Below are positions 38,356 to 51,958 of a stretch of DNA of 64,000 nucleotides, piece by piece. The position numbers were made by a program, and so were the translations under genes. This stretch comes from Phaeosaccion multiseriatum (lineage: Eukaryota; Protista; Ochrophyta, other classes), in assembly GCA_965112735.1 (NCBI GenBank), contig OZ218950.1:5766001-5830000 (forward strand). Direction: 5' to 3'. The notes beneath the pieces were generated by a model that searched no databases, had not been told where the DNA came from, and worked only from the letters and a program-made list of their open reading frames with translations. Each line of letters starts with the position of its first letter. The first letter of the stretch is position 1.

Positions 38356-41300
38356 GTCACCGCTGCCGTCGGGACCTGCCCTCCTGAGGCCCCTCCAGAC
38401 GCCAGTGATGATGATGCATCTGACGCATCCACCTTCGCGCTCTCTGTCTCCCTCTCAGCCTCGGTGTCTCCCTCTCGCTCTAATCGGCTCTCAAGGTGGA
38501 GAAACGATCGCTGCCGCTGAGCCGCGGGCCTCCCCAACGCAGAGAAAGAGGAGGGCGCCGAGGAGGGGAAGGAGGAGGGTGGTGATGTGCATGTCAATGT
38601 GCTGAAGGTCGTCTCCGTCCGCCCTGCCTCCGTGTTGACCACTCGGCGCTCGCCCGTCTTGGGACAGAAGTACAGGTAGCAGCCGTCCATAAAGAGGAGA
38701 AAGTGAAACGCCGGAGGGAAGGGATGCCGACTGCGCAGGAGGCCGGCGTCCCCCCAACCTCCTCCTCCTCCTCCTCCTCCTCCTCCTCCTCCTCCTCCTC
38801 CCCCTCCTCCCGTCGTCATCAACCCCCCCCCCCCTCCTCCTCCTCCTGCCATGGCGCTGGCTGAGCTACTCCGCTGCTCAAACGAATGACGACGACCACT
38901 TCCGACTACACCCGACTGCGAAGGCGTAGAGGCTTTCGCCGCCGCTGCTGCCACTGCTCGCCTAGCCTTGGAGGAAGAGATGAAGCTGCCGCTGCCGCTG
39001 CTGTACTGGCGATACTGTCCCGAAGAGCTGCTCCTCCCGCCGCCGGGGCCTGAGAAGGCTGAAGAAGGCAGGAGAAGGCGTTAGACACATGAGAAGGAGG
39101 ACGGAGTACAGCGCCCTTCCTTCCTTCCTTCCTTCCTTCCTTCCTTCCTTCCCACTCCCTCCACTCCCCCACCCACTCACTCACTCCACTCACCCGCCTA
39201 CTCGCCCACCCACTCACTCACCCACCCACCCACCCCCTCACTCACCTTGCTGCCCGGACGATGGTCGGCTGTTGGTGAGACTCCAGGCCGCCCCGCTGCT
39301 CGATCGCAGTAGCGCCGCACCAAGGGGGGGGCTCGCCATGGACCGTGTCGACAAAGGCCCGAACATACCCATCCCGGGTGGAGACTGCGGCTGTGGGTCC
39401 TGCCTGAGCTGCTGTATCGCCAACTGCTGCTGTTGCTGCTGCTGTATCGCCAACTGCTGCTGCTGGTAATGGAAGTTGTGTTGGTGGCCGGAGATGCCGA
39501 GGCGGAGACCCTCGAGGTCGGGGGACGTGAGGGAGATAGAGGAGTCCGGAGAGAGGGCCATCGATGAGCTTCCCGTCGAGGTCGACGGTATATGCCCCCT
39601 CCCCACCCCTCCATCCACTGCCATCCCTCCTCCCCGCTCTACCCCACCTCCTACTGCTGCTGCTACTGCATCACCAACTGCTGCGTCTGCACCTCCTCTC
39701 TCCGGCGGGGATCCAACAGCCGATGACCGACGCTGCTGTATCACCAACTGCTGTTGCTGCTGCCCACGTGCACCCCTACCCTCTCTTCCTCCTTCCAGTG
39801 CCCCTTCGAGAGCCCCCCCTGTCCCCTCACGCGACCCCGACTCCTCACGACCGACTGTAACTGTATTGGCCGTCCCAGAGGTAGTGGCCCGACCGGTGTC
39901 TATGGAGGCAGGAGAGAGGTCGGAGGGGAGGAAGGCAGGAGAGAGAGCGGACATGTTCGAGCTCATATGTGCAGCCATCGTTGTCCTTGTTGGAGAGGTC
40001 ACATTCACACTTGTGGGCATTGTTGTTGTTGTTGTAGGAGGAGGAGGAGAAGGAGAGCTCACAGTTGGCACAACGGAAACCTGCAACTCTTGCTTCTCTT
40101 CCCTCCTTCCTGTGGCTTCGTCCGAAGATTCCTCCAGTGCTGTTTCCCCCGCTCCTGCCGCTACTGCTCCTTCTGTAAGTGGCGGCGCCACTTCCCACAG
40201 AGAGGACGTTGCCGATGAAAACGTGGACACCACGATTGAAGAGTTGGAAGCACCAGACTTCAACTTTGATGGACCACCACCACCACCACCACCACCACCA
40301 CCACCACCAGCCGCAGCAGCAGCAGCAGCCGCAGCCGCAGCAAGAGCCGCTGAAGCACTTCCTTCCACCGATGCACTTCGCTGCCGAGAGGTGCGCGCGC
40401 CTCCTCCCTGTCCCTGCTGCCCCTGTCCTCCCTGCTGCTTCAGCCGAGCGCCCCCCGGGGTGTGCCCCCCCTGGAGAGGGCCCCCCTGGAGAGGGGTGAT
40501 GGAGGTCTTGATGATAGGCCTTCCTGCGGTCTTGCCGAGGTGCACAATGCGCTGCAGAGTGTCGATGTTGTCTTGCCGCAGCTCGTGGACACCCAACTGG
40601 CCAGCAGAGTATCTGGTGTTGGGTGGGGTGGGGCGTCGATCCGCAACAGTAAGTCAACAACAACCAACCAACCAACCAAAAAGAGCCAACAACGTCAAGC
40701 ACATCACATGCACCCACCTTCTAGCAGTCGTCTTGATGTGGCAAAAGCATGTCCACAGTGCCCGGGCAGTACCGTCCATTGCCATCCCATCCATGCCACT
40801 GCCGTCGCCGTGCAGGCGGGCGTGGGCAAACGCCTCCGCCATACCCGGTGACGAAGAAGTTCCCCCCCACTGCCCACCACTCAAGCCGTACCAGCTCGCC
40901 GCACTAGCCCCCGCTCCTCCATTCCCCAACACAGAGGGAGGCATGTAGTGTCCGTGACCATAGCCATACCCACCAAGTGCTGTACCAACAAGTGCTGGAC
41001 CACCGCTCGTCGTGGGGGGTCGACTAATCACACTGTGCATCATCGAGGACGGATCCCCATACTCCCCTCCTCCTCGCCTGTACGCCCGGGAAGACGACGA
41101 ACCTCCCCCACGCTTGTGTGCAGACGCAACAAGACTGCTCGCGCTGCTGCCAATCTCAATCTCGGATTGCCTCTCTTTACCACCCCCGCTCGGGTTGTTG
41201 CTACTGATGCTGCTGCTGCTGCTGTTGGTTGCTTTCAAGCGGGCACTATTCGTCTTCCACGCCCTAAACTTCCACTTCTTGGCAGCCAACTCTGGTCCTC

Positions 41301-42760
41301 CTTGTCCCCCTTGTTGTGGTTGCTGTTGTTGTGCGCGTTGGGCCTCCCCCACCACATCACCTCTCGGTGGGCGTACTTCTCCTCCTCCTCCTCCACCACC
41401 ACCACCACCACCACCTCCTCCTCCTCCTCCTCCTGCTGCTGCTGACACAGCTCCTGATACAGACGCTGCACGCGGGGGCGGGGAGCCATCCTCCCCCCCT
41501 CCAGTTCGACTGCTACTGCCCCTCCCCAGCTTGAAGCGCCCTCGCAGCCTAAACGAACCACTTCGACCGCTCTCCTCCTCCTCCTCTCCCCCACCGACCG
41601 TATAACCGCCGCCGCCACCACCGCTGCTTGCGCCAGCGTTAGTATTAGTGTTGTTGGTGGTTGTGGTGGTATTTGTAGTCGCGCCGAACGCGATGCTGCT
41701 GAGCCTCCGTCGCAGGCTTTGGGCAGGGCCGAAGATGGAACTCGGTGCTCCAGAGCGAGTCGAGCGAAGGGACGAGGAAGACGCCGACCGGGACGACGAT
41801 GGCATCCCGCTGGAAGAAGCAGAAGATGTCGTCGATACCCTGCCCCCCACAGCCCCTTCACCGACCGTGCTGCTGCTACTGCTGCTGCTGTTGCGTGCCC
41901 GCCTACCCCTATTCCGTATCACAGAGAACGGAAGGGGCGTGGGGACTCCTCCTCCACTTGGATGGGGTGGACCGGACGAAGAACTGATGGGATACATTCT
42001 CTCCCTCTTTCGGCTGCTGCTGCCAGTAAGGCTCGCCATCGTTGCCGTGGTCGTCGGCGGATCGCTGCTGTTGTTGCTGACTTTACCCCTCACCACCTCT
42101 CTCCTCCCTCCTCCTTGCGCCCTGCTTGGATGAATGTCCTCGCTGCTCGCCCTTGCTACTTCTTGCCCTCCTCCCCCCCCTAGACGGAGTTTCCCCCAGC
42201 GACTGCTGCCTCTGCTGCTGCTCCTGCGGCTACTCCAGCGCTCACTCCGTGTTAAGGACGAGGCCCTCGCCCCCCCGTGGTCAGGAGAGAAAACGGAGAC
42301 AGAGACATTGTTCTTATCCCTGTCCTTGCCCGCTGCTCCTCCTCCTCCTCCGTCTCCACCCCCGCTACCGCGAGCAGCAGTCACCTGCCTGCTACTGCTT
42401 GCCCCCGCCGCACCGGCACCACGAACCACAGGAGGGCTGTTACCCAGTCCCATCCCTAACCCCAACCCAAGTATACTTCGAGAGGGAGGGCTGTTGCTCT
42501 GGCTCCGACTGCGACTCCGGCTGGCCCCACGCCTCCCTCCATCAGCAGCCCCGCCCCCACCCCCACCCCCGCCCCCACCAGTGGCGTTGGAGCTAGTGCT
42601 TATGTCACTTGTGTATCCGCTTGTGCGAAAGCCTGCCGCGCCCCGGCCACGTGCCGCCATTGCCACTGGAGGAGGCGAAGAGTCTCTGCTTGTTCCTCCC
42701 ACCTCCTCCCCACCGCTCATCACCCTGTCCCTCTCCTCCTCCTCATCTTGCTTCTGCTTC

Positions 42761-42794
<34 letters not shown>

Positions 42795-43889
42795 CCACCA
42801 ACTGCTGCTGCTGCTGCTGCTCATGTCGTTGTTGTTGAGTGTCGTTCTCCAATCCCGTCCTCCCGTCGGCAAATCGGACCCCGCCCCCCCCTCCTCCCCG
42901 CCTTTCGTGTCCTCCTTGACCTCCTCTTCCTGCCGCATCCGCATTTTTCAGCTCCTGTGCAGCACCAGCACTAGTACTAACACTAGCATCGTTGCTCCAC
43001 TCTCCCCGGCCTGTGCCAACCCGTGAGGCTCCCTCTCCGTGTCCCTGCGGCTCACCGTCAGCATCACCGCCAGGTCGACGCTGCTGCTGAGACCCAACGA
43101 ACTGCTGCTGCCCCTGCGGCTGCCCCTGTTGTTGCGCCTGTTGCTGCAGACGCCTGTAGGCCTGACTCCCGCCAGAGCCAGAGCCAGCGCCAGTGACAGC
43201 TCCCTGGCCACCCACAGGCAAGCTATGATTGTGAAAGTGGTTACCAACCTGTGGCGGTAGATGTTGCCCCACGTCCCCTGAGGACCCGATGGTTCTCCGA
43301 CCCGGCCGATGATGTCGTCTGTGAGTTGCCTTCCTCAGACCCGGGTAGCTGAGCACCACCGTGTCGAGAGCCATCCACCCGACCATCATGTGTGTACTCG
43401 TAGGAAGGGCCGTGCGAGTGAGGGGCAAGCCCGCAGAGTGAGGCACATGCGCGGGCAGAGGGCCTTTTGGTCACGCGTGTGTGTTGTGCGTGTGTGGGTG
43501 TGTGTGTGTGTGTGGGGGGGGGGGGGGGGAGGGGTAGAGAGAATTAGAGTGGTCCATCTCCTTCCCTCTTCCTTCCTGCAGACTCGCTCCTGTTTTCTCT
43601 CTCCCGCCCATCTCTACCTTCTCTCCATCTCTCCCCCCCCCCCTCCCTCTCCTCACTCAGTCACTCACTCAGTCACTCACTCAGTCTCTCACCTGCCAAC
43701 ACGAAACTCAGCCGCACCACTCTCTGCAGCAAGGCATGAACCTTCACAAGTGTGGCCGGCGGGTGCTGCACAGTGGGCAGGGCAGGCGTGCGTAGGGGCG
43801 TATGCCCACTCGAGCGGCCTCCAGGCATTCGATGAAGGGCGCCCGACCGCTGCATCCCTCCCCCTCCTCGCTGATGCTGCTGCTTCGGA

Positions 43890-43922
<33 letters not shown>

Positions 43923-46900
43923 TGCTGCTGTTGGTAGTGGTGGCCACTCAGCCCTGCTGCCGCTGCTCCTGCGGCTTGCTGCTGCCGCTGAGACGCCATT
44001 GAATGGGTTCTCGATCTGTCGATTCCACCTGGTCCGTGCGGACTGCCCAGGGAGAAGAGGTAGTCCTCCGACCCTGCTGTTACATTTGCTGTTGCTGTTG
44101 CTGCTGCTGCTGCTGGTGTCCCGCGCTGCTGCTGCTGCTGCTGCTGCTGCGAGGGCGGGTACTGTCCTTCGTAGTAGGTCAGCACGTCTTGCCGCTGTAG
44201 GTAGGCAAGCATCAGTAAGTTCTGCGCTTCCTTCCATGCCTGTTGGTTGTTCAGACACACGCCGCCGGCACGCAAGGAAGGATGAGGCTGACTGACTGAC
44301 TGACTGACTGGCTGAATGACTGACTGACTGACTGACTGACTAACTGGCTGATCAGCTGACTGGAAATAACTGACCTGTACCTGCCTGACTGACAGACATC
44401 TTCTATTAAACCGAGGGACCGACTGACTGACTGACTGACTGACTGACTGTCTGTCTGACTCTGACCGACCGACTGACGTACAGACCGACTGACTGACTCC
44501 ACTGCCTCACTGCACAACTCCTTCACTCACTCACCGACCCACCGACTGACCAGCTGACTGCCCCCCCCCCCCACCCCCGCCACGCCACTGCCCTCTCTAC
44601 CTCTCACCTGAAACGCCAACAACGCTCGGCCCATGAGCCAGTTGACCTCCGCGCTATTGACCAGGGACAGCACGAGTAGCAAAGGGTTGCCAATGCCCCC
44701 CGCCAGCTCCAATCCTGCGTGCAAGGTGTTGTCGAGTCCAACGAGCAGCCTCCTTCCCTCTCCGGCGGCGGCGCTGTCGAGGGGGTAGCCTTTCAGGGCC
44801 ACGTCTGCAAAGAGTCGCTCGAGCTGCATCTCCACGACTTTGGACACGCACTTGGCCTGTTGGTGATTCATCAAGGAGGGGGGCAGGGGGGACACACGCA
44901 TATTAAGGTACCCATGGTCTCACTTTCAGTTTCAGTCCCTTGAACTCCATATCGAGATTACGTGGAGATCGATATGCCATTTGTTACCTGTCGGTAGTGG
45001 TCATCCAGGCCGCGAAAGAGGGCTTGAGCGTCGCCATACGCCTCTTCTGCCTTGAGCACGAGCTCGGCCTCTTCCCCCACGCCGCTCGAAGACGAGCATG
45101 TAGACGCTCTCTGCTCCTGCTCATGATCCTGCTGTTGCTGTTGCTGCTGCTGCTGCCCATGTGACTGCCCATGTGACTGCCCATGTGACTGCCCATGTGA
45201 CTGCCCATGTGACTGCTGATGGGCAGAGGGCCGACTCGCTGCTGCTGCTGCTGCTCCCTCTCCCCTCAAGGCAGTGGTCCCTCCCTCATCCTGGGGACCC
45301 ACTTCTCGCACGGAGCCCAGGGAGCCCAGGGAGCCCAAGGGGTCTAACGAGCCTGAGGAGGCAGGAGGATTCGCTGTTGCGGCGGCTGCTGCTGCTGCTG
45401 CTGCTGCTGCTGATTCCTTTCTTCTTGTTGCCTTAGCAATCCCTCTCGCCTTGGCAGCGAGTCTTTGGAAGCACCTCCCCTTCAGCAGCAGGAGGCGCCC
45501 CAGGGCCATCGAGGGCTGGCCAGGGTCGGGCAGGCGGCTCAAGGCGAGGGTCGTCTGTGGAGGGGAGGGGAGGGGAGGGGAGGGAGGAGAAGAGAGGGGA
45601 CGGGACGGGAGGGGAGGGGAGGGGAGGGAGAAGAGAGGGGAGGGGAGGGGAGGGGAGGGGAGGGGAGGGGAGGGGACGGAGGCAAGGAGGGCCAGGGGCA
45701 GTGGAGGGGGTGCTGAAGGTCAGGCAATAGACCAACACGGCGCCTGATGGCAGCAGACGGGGGCAGGGAAAGCGCATCGCTGGCGAGCAAGGGCAAGGCA
45801 TATACGATTGGGCCCTCACATCCTCTCTCTCCCTCCCTCACTTTCTCTCTCTCCCTGTCTCTCTCCCTCCCTCACTTCCTCTCTCTCTTCCTCCCTCACT
45901 TTCTCTCTCTCCCTGTCTCTCTCCCTCCCTCACTTCCTCCGTCACTTCCTCTCTCTCCCTCTCTCTCTCCCTCCCTCACTTCCTCTCTCTCCCTGTCTCT
46001 CTCCCTCCCTCACTTCCTCTCTCTCTTCCTCCCTCACGTTCTCTCTTTCCCTATCTCTCTCCCTCCCTCACTTCCTCTCTCTCTCCCTCCCTCACTTCCT
46101 CTCTCTCCCTATCTCTCTCCCTCCCTCACTTCCTCTCTCTCCCTCCCTCACTTCCTCTCTCTCTTCCTCCGTCACTTCCTCTCTCTCCCTATCTCTCTCC
46201 CTCCCTCACTTCCTCTCCCTCCCTCCCTCCCTCCCCCTCCCCTTTACACCCCCCTCACTCCATCACCCACTCACCCAGTGTAGCGCCGTATTAGCGTCCC
46301 CTCCGGCAAGTCTGCACTTTGCTCTCAGCATTAAGAACTCGATAGGCTTCACCGTCACGACACCCCCACCGGGGGCGTAGGCCTTCCCTGCCCCCCCCCC
46401 TCCCCCTGCCCACTCTCCAGAGCCGCCCCCTCCCCCGCTATCTCTTGTAGCAGGCAAAACATCTTCTCCTCCTCCTCCTCCTCCTCCTCCTCCTCCTCCC
46501 ACTCCTGCTGCTCCTCCTGGCCAGCTCACCCCTCCTCCCCAGGCCACCCCCACCACTGCTCCTCCTCCGGCTCCTGCTGCCCCTACTCCACCACCACCAC
46601 CACCACCACCACCACCACCGCCAGGCCCTATCCCGCCGGCTCCTCCTATACTTGACCCGCCGCCCCCCCCATCCCGGTTGGAGCTGGCGAGGGTGTTGGA
46701 GCTTGTGTTGTTGTTGTTGACGATATCCTCGTCTGCCTCCAGCACTACCCGCTCCAGGGCAGCTTCGCACGAGCTAAGCTTCCGCAACTGAGGGCACACA
46801 CACGCACCGAGAGAGAGAGATAGAGAGAGAGAAAGATAGAAAAGAGGGGGAGAGAGATAAAAGGAGCAAGAGGATGATGACAACAGAGCACCACGTGTGT

Positions 46901-48896
46901 GTGTGAGATGGCAACAGATGGCAAGGGCAAAGGGTGAGAGACCGGCAACAGAGAGAATGCCTGAGACTAGGACCGTGGAGGCCAAGCTTTTGAGCGTCGC
47001 CCCCTGTGATTGTGATTCGACGGATGGATCACCAACCCCTCACCTTAAGGTAGCACTTGGCGACTTTCATGAGTACCATGCTCCGCTGAGCCGAGGAGAT
47101 CTTCCTCTTGAGCAGGCGGTACAGGACACGAAGGGCCTTCTCGTACTGTAAGGACGTCAGCAGGACAGTCACCAGCATCATCTGTTGGGGAGGCAGGGAC
47201 CGAGAGAGGGAGTGAGTGAGGGAGGGAGGGAGGGATTGAGTGAGTGAGGGAGTGAGGCAGGGATCGAGAGAGGGAGTGAGGGAGGGAGAGAGAGTGAGTG
47301 AGTGAGGGATCGAGGTAGGGAGTGAGGGAGTGAGGGAGTGAGTGAGTGAGTTGAGGCAGGGATCGAGAGAGGGAGTTGAGGGAGAGAGTGAGTGAGAGTG
47401 AGTGAGTGAGACAGAGATCGAGAGAGGGAGTGAGGGAGGGAGAGAGAGTGAGTGAGTGAGTGAGGGAGTGAGGCAGGGATCGAGAGAGGGAGTGAGGGAG
47501 AGAGTGAGTGAGAGTGAGTGAGTGAGACAGAGATCGAGAGAGGGAGTGAGGGAGGGAGAGAGAGTGAGTGAGTGAGGGAGAGAGAGAGGGGGGAGGGGGG
47601 ACGGAAGGAGGGAGGAAGTGGGGGAGGAAGGGAGGGAGAGAGAGAGCCCCGAGAGGCTGTCATCTCGATTCCTCACTCAAGACCTTGCAAGAATAAGTCA
47701 ACACTTCACCTGAAGCTGATACTGCTGTGTCTCCATCGCTCCCGCCCCCGCCCCACCGCCTCCTCCTCCTCCTCCTCCTCCTCCGCCCCCTCCTCCTCCC
47801 CCTCCCCCCCCCTCCTCCTCCTCCTCCTCCTCCTCCTCCCCCCGCCCGGTCACTGGTCGGGGTGGACCCAGGGAAGGAGAGCTCCGTGTAAAAGCTGGCG
47901 AAAGGCTCCAAACCTCCCGGCGCACTCGCCCACGAGCCCCCTGCCCCGCCCCCTGTTTGCCTCCCAAACGACCCGCCCCAGACCCCCCCACCACCGCTCC
48001 CAATCCCTGCGTCGCTGCCTCCGTGGCTGCTGCTGCCATCTTCGGCTACCTCCATGAAGGGCACCACGCAAATGCCCGCAGCGGCGAGTGCGGAGAGCTC
48101 GGTCGAAATATGGCCCTGTATCACCAACTGCTGCTGCTGCTGTATCACCAACTGCTGCTGCTCTCGGACGCAGACCCGACTCATGTTGCTGCTGCTACCC
48201 CCGCTCACGAACTTGGATGCTACCCTAAGGTACTGCTCGGCCTCTAGGTACCAGCCTTGCTCCATTAACATACGACTCATCTCCTTTGCGATCCAAACAA
48301 ACTCGTTAACGTTGTTGCTGCGCACGGCCCACAGTAGCATCTTCGCGTGGTACTCCAGGCTGTCATCATTCATCATTCAGTCAATGAGTCACAAACGGTG
48401 CAGGCAGTCAGCCAGTCAGTCACAAATGGCGTTGAACACAACCCGTTATTCACTCTTACAACCCCTCCACCTCCGTACCCACACTGACACACACACCCAC
48501 ACCCACACACCCACACACACACCGATACACACGCGCACACACACCCGCATACCCACACACACACACACACACCCACACACACCCACACACACTCTCCCAC
48601 CTACACCGACACACACACACATACAGCGCCCTACCTGCGTGTGGTGTCCCCGTTCTCTAAGGTGATACGTGTGATGCGCCTCGTGAGCTTCTCGTGGTCT
48701 CTTCTCCCCTCGGTCATGTCTCTGAAGCATCCCAAGGCCCTCTCAAGGGTGTGTATGGCATACTCGTATTTGCCGTTCTTGAGAAGCACGTCTCCGAGCT
48801 TCTCCAGGCAGTGCACGCCAAAGGGAGAGATGAGTGGACAGGGACTCTGACGATGATGATGCTGGTGCTGACGCTGACCCTGATGCTCTTGCTGCT

Positions 48897-48927
<31 letters not shown>

Positions 48928-49493
48928 CTCTTGCTGCGTGTCACCAACGGGTGGTGGTGGCGTTGGTGGTGGTCGGGGGGTAGTAGCAGCGGACGGCCCC
49001 TCACCGTCCCGACGAGATATCACCATCCCCTGCAATTGCTTCTCCCCAGGAGCCCCCCCAAGTCGATCCAGGACCAGCACAGCCTCGAGGTGGAGGGACT
49101 CCGCGAGGTCATATTTGCGCATCACCGAAGCGAGCAGGCCGCATGCAAATGCCGTCTTGGCCCTTTGTTCGGAAGTCTCTGGCAGTGTATCGTAGGCAGG
49201 AAGGAGCACATCCAAGAATGCCTCAGCATCCTCTGCCTCGTGCAAGCCGCGCATGAGTGAGCGGAAACTGTCGCTACGATGACGCCCCCCCCCGCCTTCT
49301 CCTGTGTCTAAGCTACCCCGCCTCCCTCCTCCTTCCCCTTCCAACGACGAGGCGCCCTCCTCTGATAGAGACCCTGACCCAGACGCAGAGGCATGACACA
49401 CACTGTCGTCGTCTTCACCATTGATGTTGATACTATTGTTGTTGTCGTCGATATTGTTGCTGCTGTTTTTGTCGTCGTCGTCGTCGCTGTTGC

Positions 49494-49524
<31 letters not shown>

Positions 49525-51482
49525 GCTGTCAATCCCACCCTTTTCTTCACCGAAGGATCCAATCCCAGTGTGTGTGTGTGCAGACAGCCTGCCCCCCCCT
49601 GCCCCTTCCTCTAGCCCCTCGTGTCGGCCCCCGCCTTGCTGCTGTCCAAACGAACGCTGCGACTCCCAACTACTTTCGCCCTCACCTCCAAGCCTTCCCC
49701 CCTGTATCACCAACTGCTGTATTCTATCCGCTGCAGGGCCCACAGGACCCCCCGGGGGGGGCAGCGCCCCAACTGGTCTAATTGGTTGCCGCCGCCGCTG
49801 CTGCTGCTCCTGTATCACCAACTGCCGCAGCTCAGCCGCATCTTCCGTCCCCGTGTACGAGCGTCTCCGCGCCCCCCGTGGACCTGCCTGCTCCTGCCCC
49901 TGCCCCTTCCTCCCCCCCACAGCACTGGGAAGTACAGCATCCTCAGCAGTCAAGGAGGAGAAGGTCCGACCTCCTCCTCCTCCTCCTCCTCCTCCTCCTC
50001 CCGTGCCCCTTCTTTTAATGCGCGTCAGACCGTAGAAGCTGTGGAGCAAGCTCTTCTTCTTGTGGAGGGGCTTGTCTCCGTCCTTGTTGTTCCTTGGCCG
50101 CTTCTTCCCTCCAGAGGGAGCACCACCACCACCACCACCAAAACCATCGAAAGCACCAGCACGGGCGGCAGCAGCGTCAGGGGCTAATGCTGATACCCCA
50201 GCCCCACCACTCAGCTCAGGGGAAGTAGAGAGGCCATGCTTCCCCGACGGCGACAGACTCAGGCTTCTTGCCTTGGGCAGTGCCCCCCGTCGACGAGCCA
50301 CACTCCCCCGTAGACCCTGCTGCCCTGCCCCTCCTACCCCCCCCAATCCCGTCCCCAGTAGGCCCCTGAGGCCCCTTCTGTCAGGGCTCAGCGATGTCGC
50401 GCTGGGGAGCGTTCGGTGCGCTTCCCTTATTGGCCTGCTTGGAGAGCTGTCCCGTACGCACGGGGGCACGCACGCACGCACGCGCACACGCACACACAAT
50501 TCGGAACACAACACGTCAAGGAAAGAGTGAGACGCCAGCTGTAAGGGAGAGGCAGTGCACACCCACACCCACACCAAGGGCCCTTGAGGGCTCTTGTATT
50601 GTGGCAAACGTTTCGTGCTCGCCCACCCTCCTCCTTCTCCTCCTCCTCCTCCTCCTCCTCCTCCGCCCCTATGGGTGTATTCCCTCTAGACTTACCTTTG
50701 GCCTCTGCTGAAGCTCCTTCGGAGCGAGAGGCGTCCACTGAAGGCGGTTCCTCCCGCTGGTGAAGGAGATGTGTTCCTCCTTGCATCTGTAGCAACTCCT
50801 TCTCTCCCCTCCATTCCTCCTCCCTTCCTGCCCCTCTCCGGAGTCCTGCCCAGCTTACTATCGACGCTGTCGACCGGGTTCATGCCGTCTGTCTTGCTAA
50901 TTGCCGTCGGAGAGCTGAGGCCCGAAGAGGCCTTATTCCCTCTCTCTTTCGCCTGCTGCACCTGCCCCCGCCCCTGTCCCTGTCCCTGTCCCTGCTGCGC
51001 TCCACTCCTGCCTGTACTGCTGCTGCCCCCCAGTCCAGCCCCCACTCCGCCCCCTCCTCCTCCTCCCGGGGACGGCTCTTCTCCCCCGAACGCCCCGAAT
51101 GTGCTACGAGATGACACAGCAACGCTAGCGGCTCCCATCCCCATCCTCCACCCACCGGAGTCCAGAGTCGACCCGCTCGCCGCTCTGCCCAAAATATCAT
51201 CTCTGCTTCTCCTTCTCCCTCCTCCTCCTCCTCCTCCTCCTGCTCCTGCCCTGCTCCCAAACAGCCCGTCTTCAGAGATGAGGTCATCCTGCTCATCCCA
51301 TTCCTCATCATCCTTGGGCATGTAACGAAGGTTCTGGGGCATATCCTCCAGCGTTAACGGACTCACCCCCAACATGCAGAGACAAAGGTCGGTCAAAGTG
51401 GCCGTGTCGAGATGTTCTTGGCTCTGTCTGAGGCTGAGGCCTTCACATGTGTCTTCCTCCCCTCTCCCCGATGAGAACACCG

Positions 51483-51520
<38 letters not shown>

Positions 51521-51913
51521 TGTTGCCCCATCGTCGCGGAGCCGGAGTTCACGCTGCCAGTGCCCACATCTCCCCCCTCCCTACTTTCCTCTTCACCGAC
51601 ATCCTCCTCATCCTCAAGCTTCGACTCGACCTTCGCGGCGTAAATCTTGAGAAATTGGCGGCATACGGTCTTTGGCAAGTGACGAAGCGGAGTGAACAGC
51701 GGCACTGCCCGCCCGGCAACACTGATACTGTCAAAGGACGACTGCCGCTCCTTTTCCTCCTCCTGGTGCTGCTGCTGTACTGCCAACTGCGGTGTGAATG
51801 AGCTGCCTCCAAAGCTGCTATCCTGCAGGATGCGTGGGTAATATCCTCTCCCTCTTAGTAGTCCCTCCCCTCCCTCCTGGGCCGGCGGTGGCAAGGGCAA
51901 GCCTTCCCCTCCC

Positions 51914-51958
<45 letters not shown>

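Noticed and set aside
38906-39060. Suspected second frameshift in the giant gene
   Set aside because: The frame of ORF 37359..38954 stays open up to the acceptor at ~39049 and matches the phase of the previous exon.
39476-42838. Long plus-strand ORFs (e.g. 39476..40948, 490 aa)
   Set aside because: Antisense shadows of GC-rich, low-complexity exons of the giant minus-strand gene.
48116-48154. CAGTTGGTGATACAG as sequencing-adapter contamination
   Set aside because: It does not match adapter sequences I know, preserves reading frames, and has diverged variants, which fits a genuine genomic motif.
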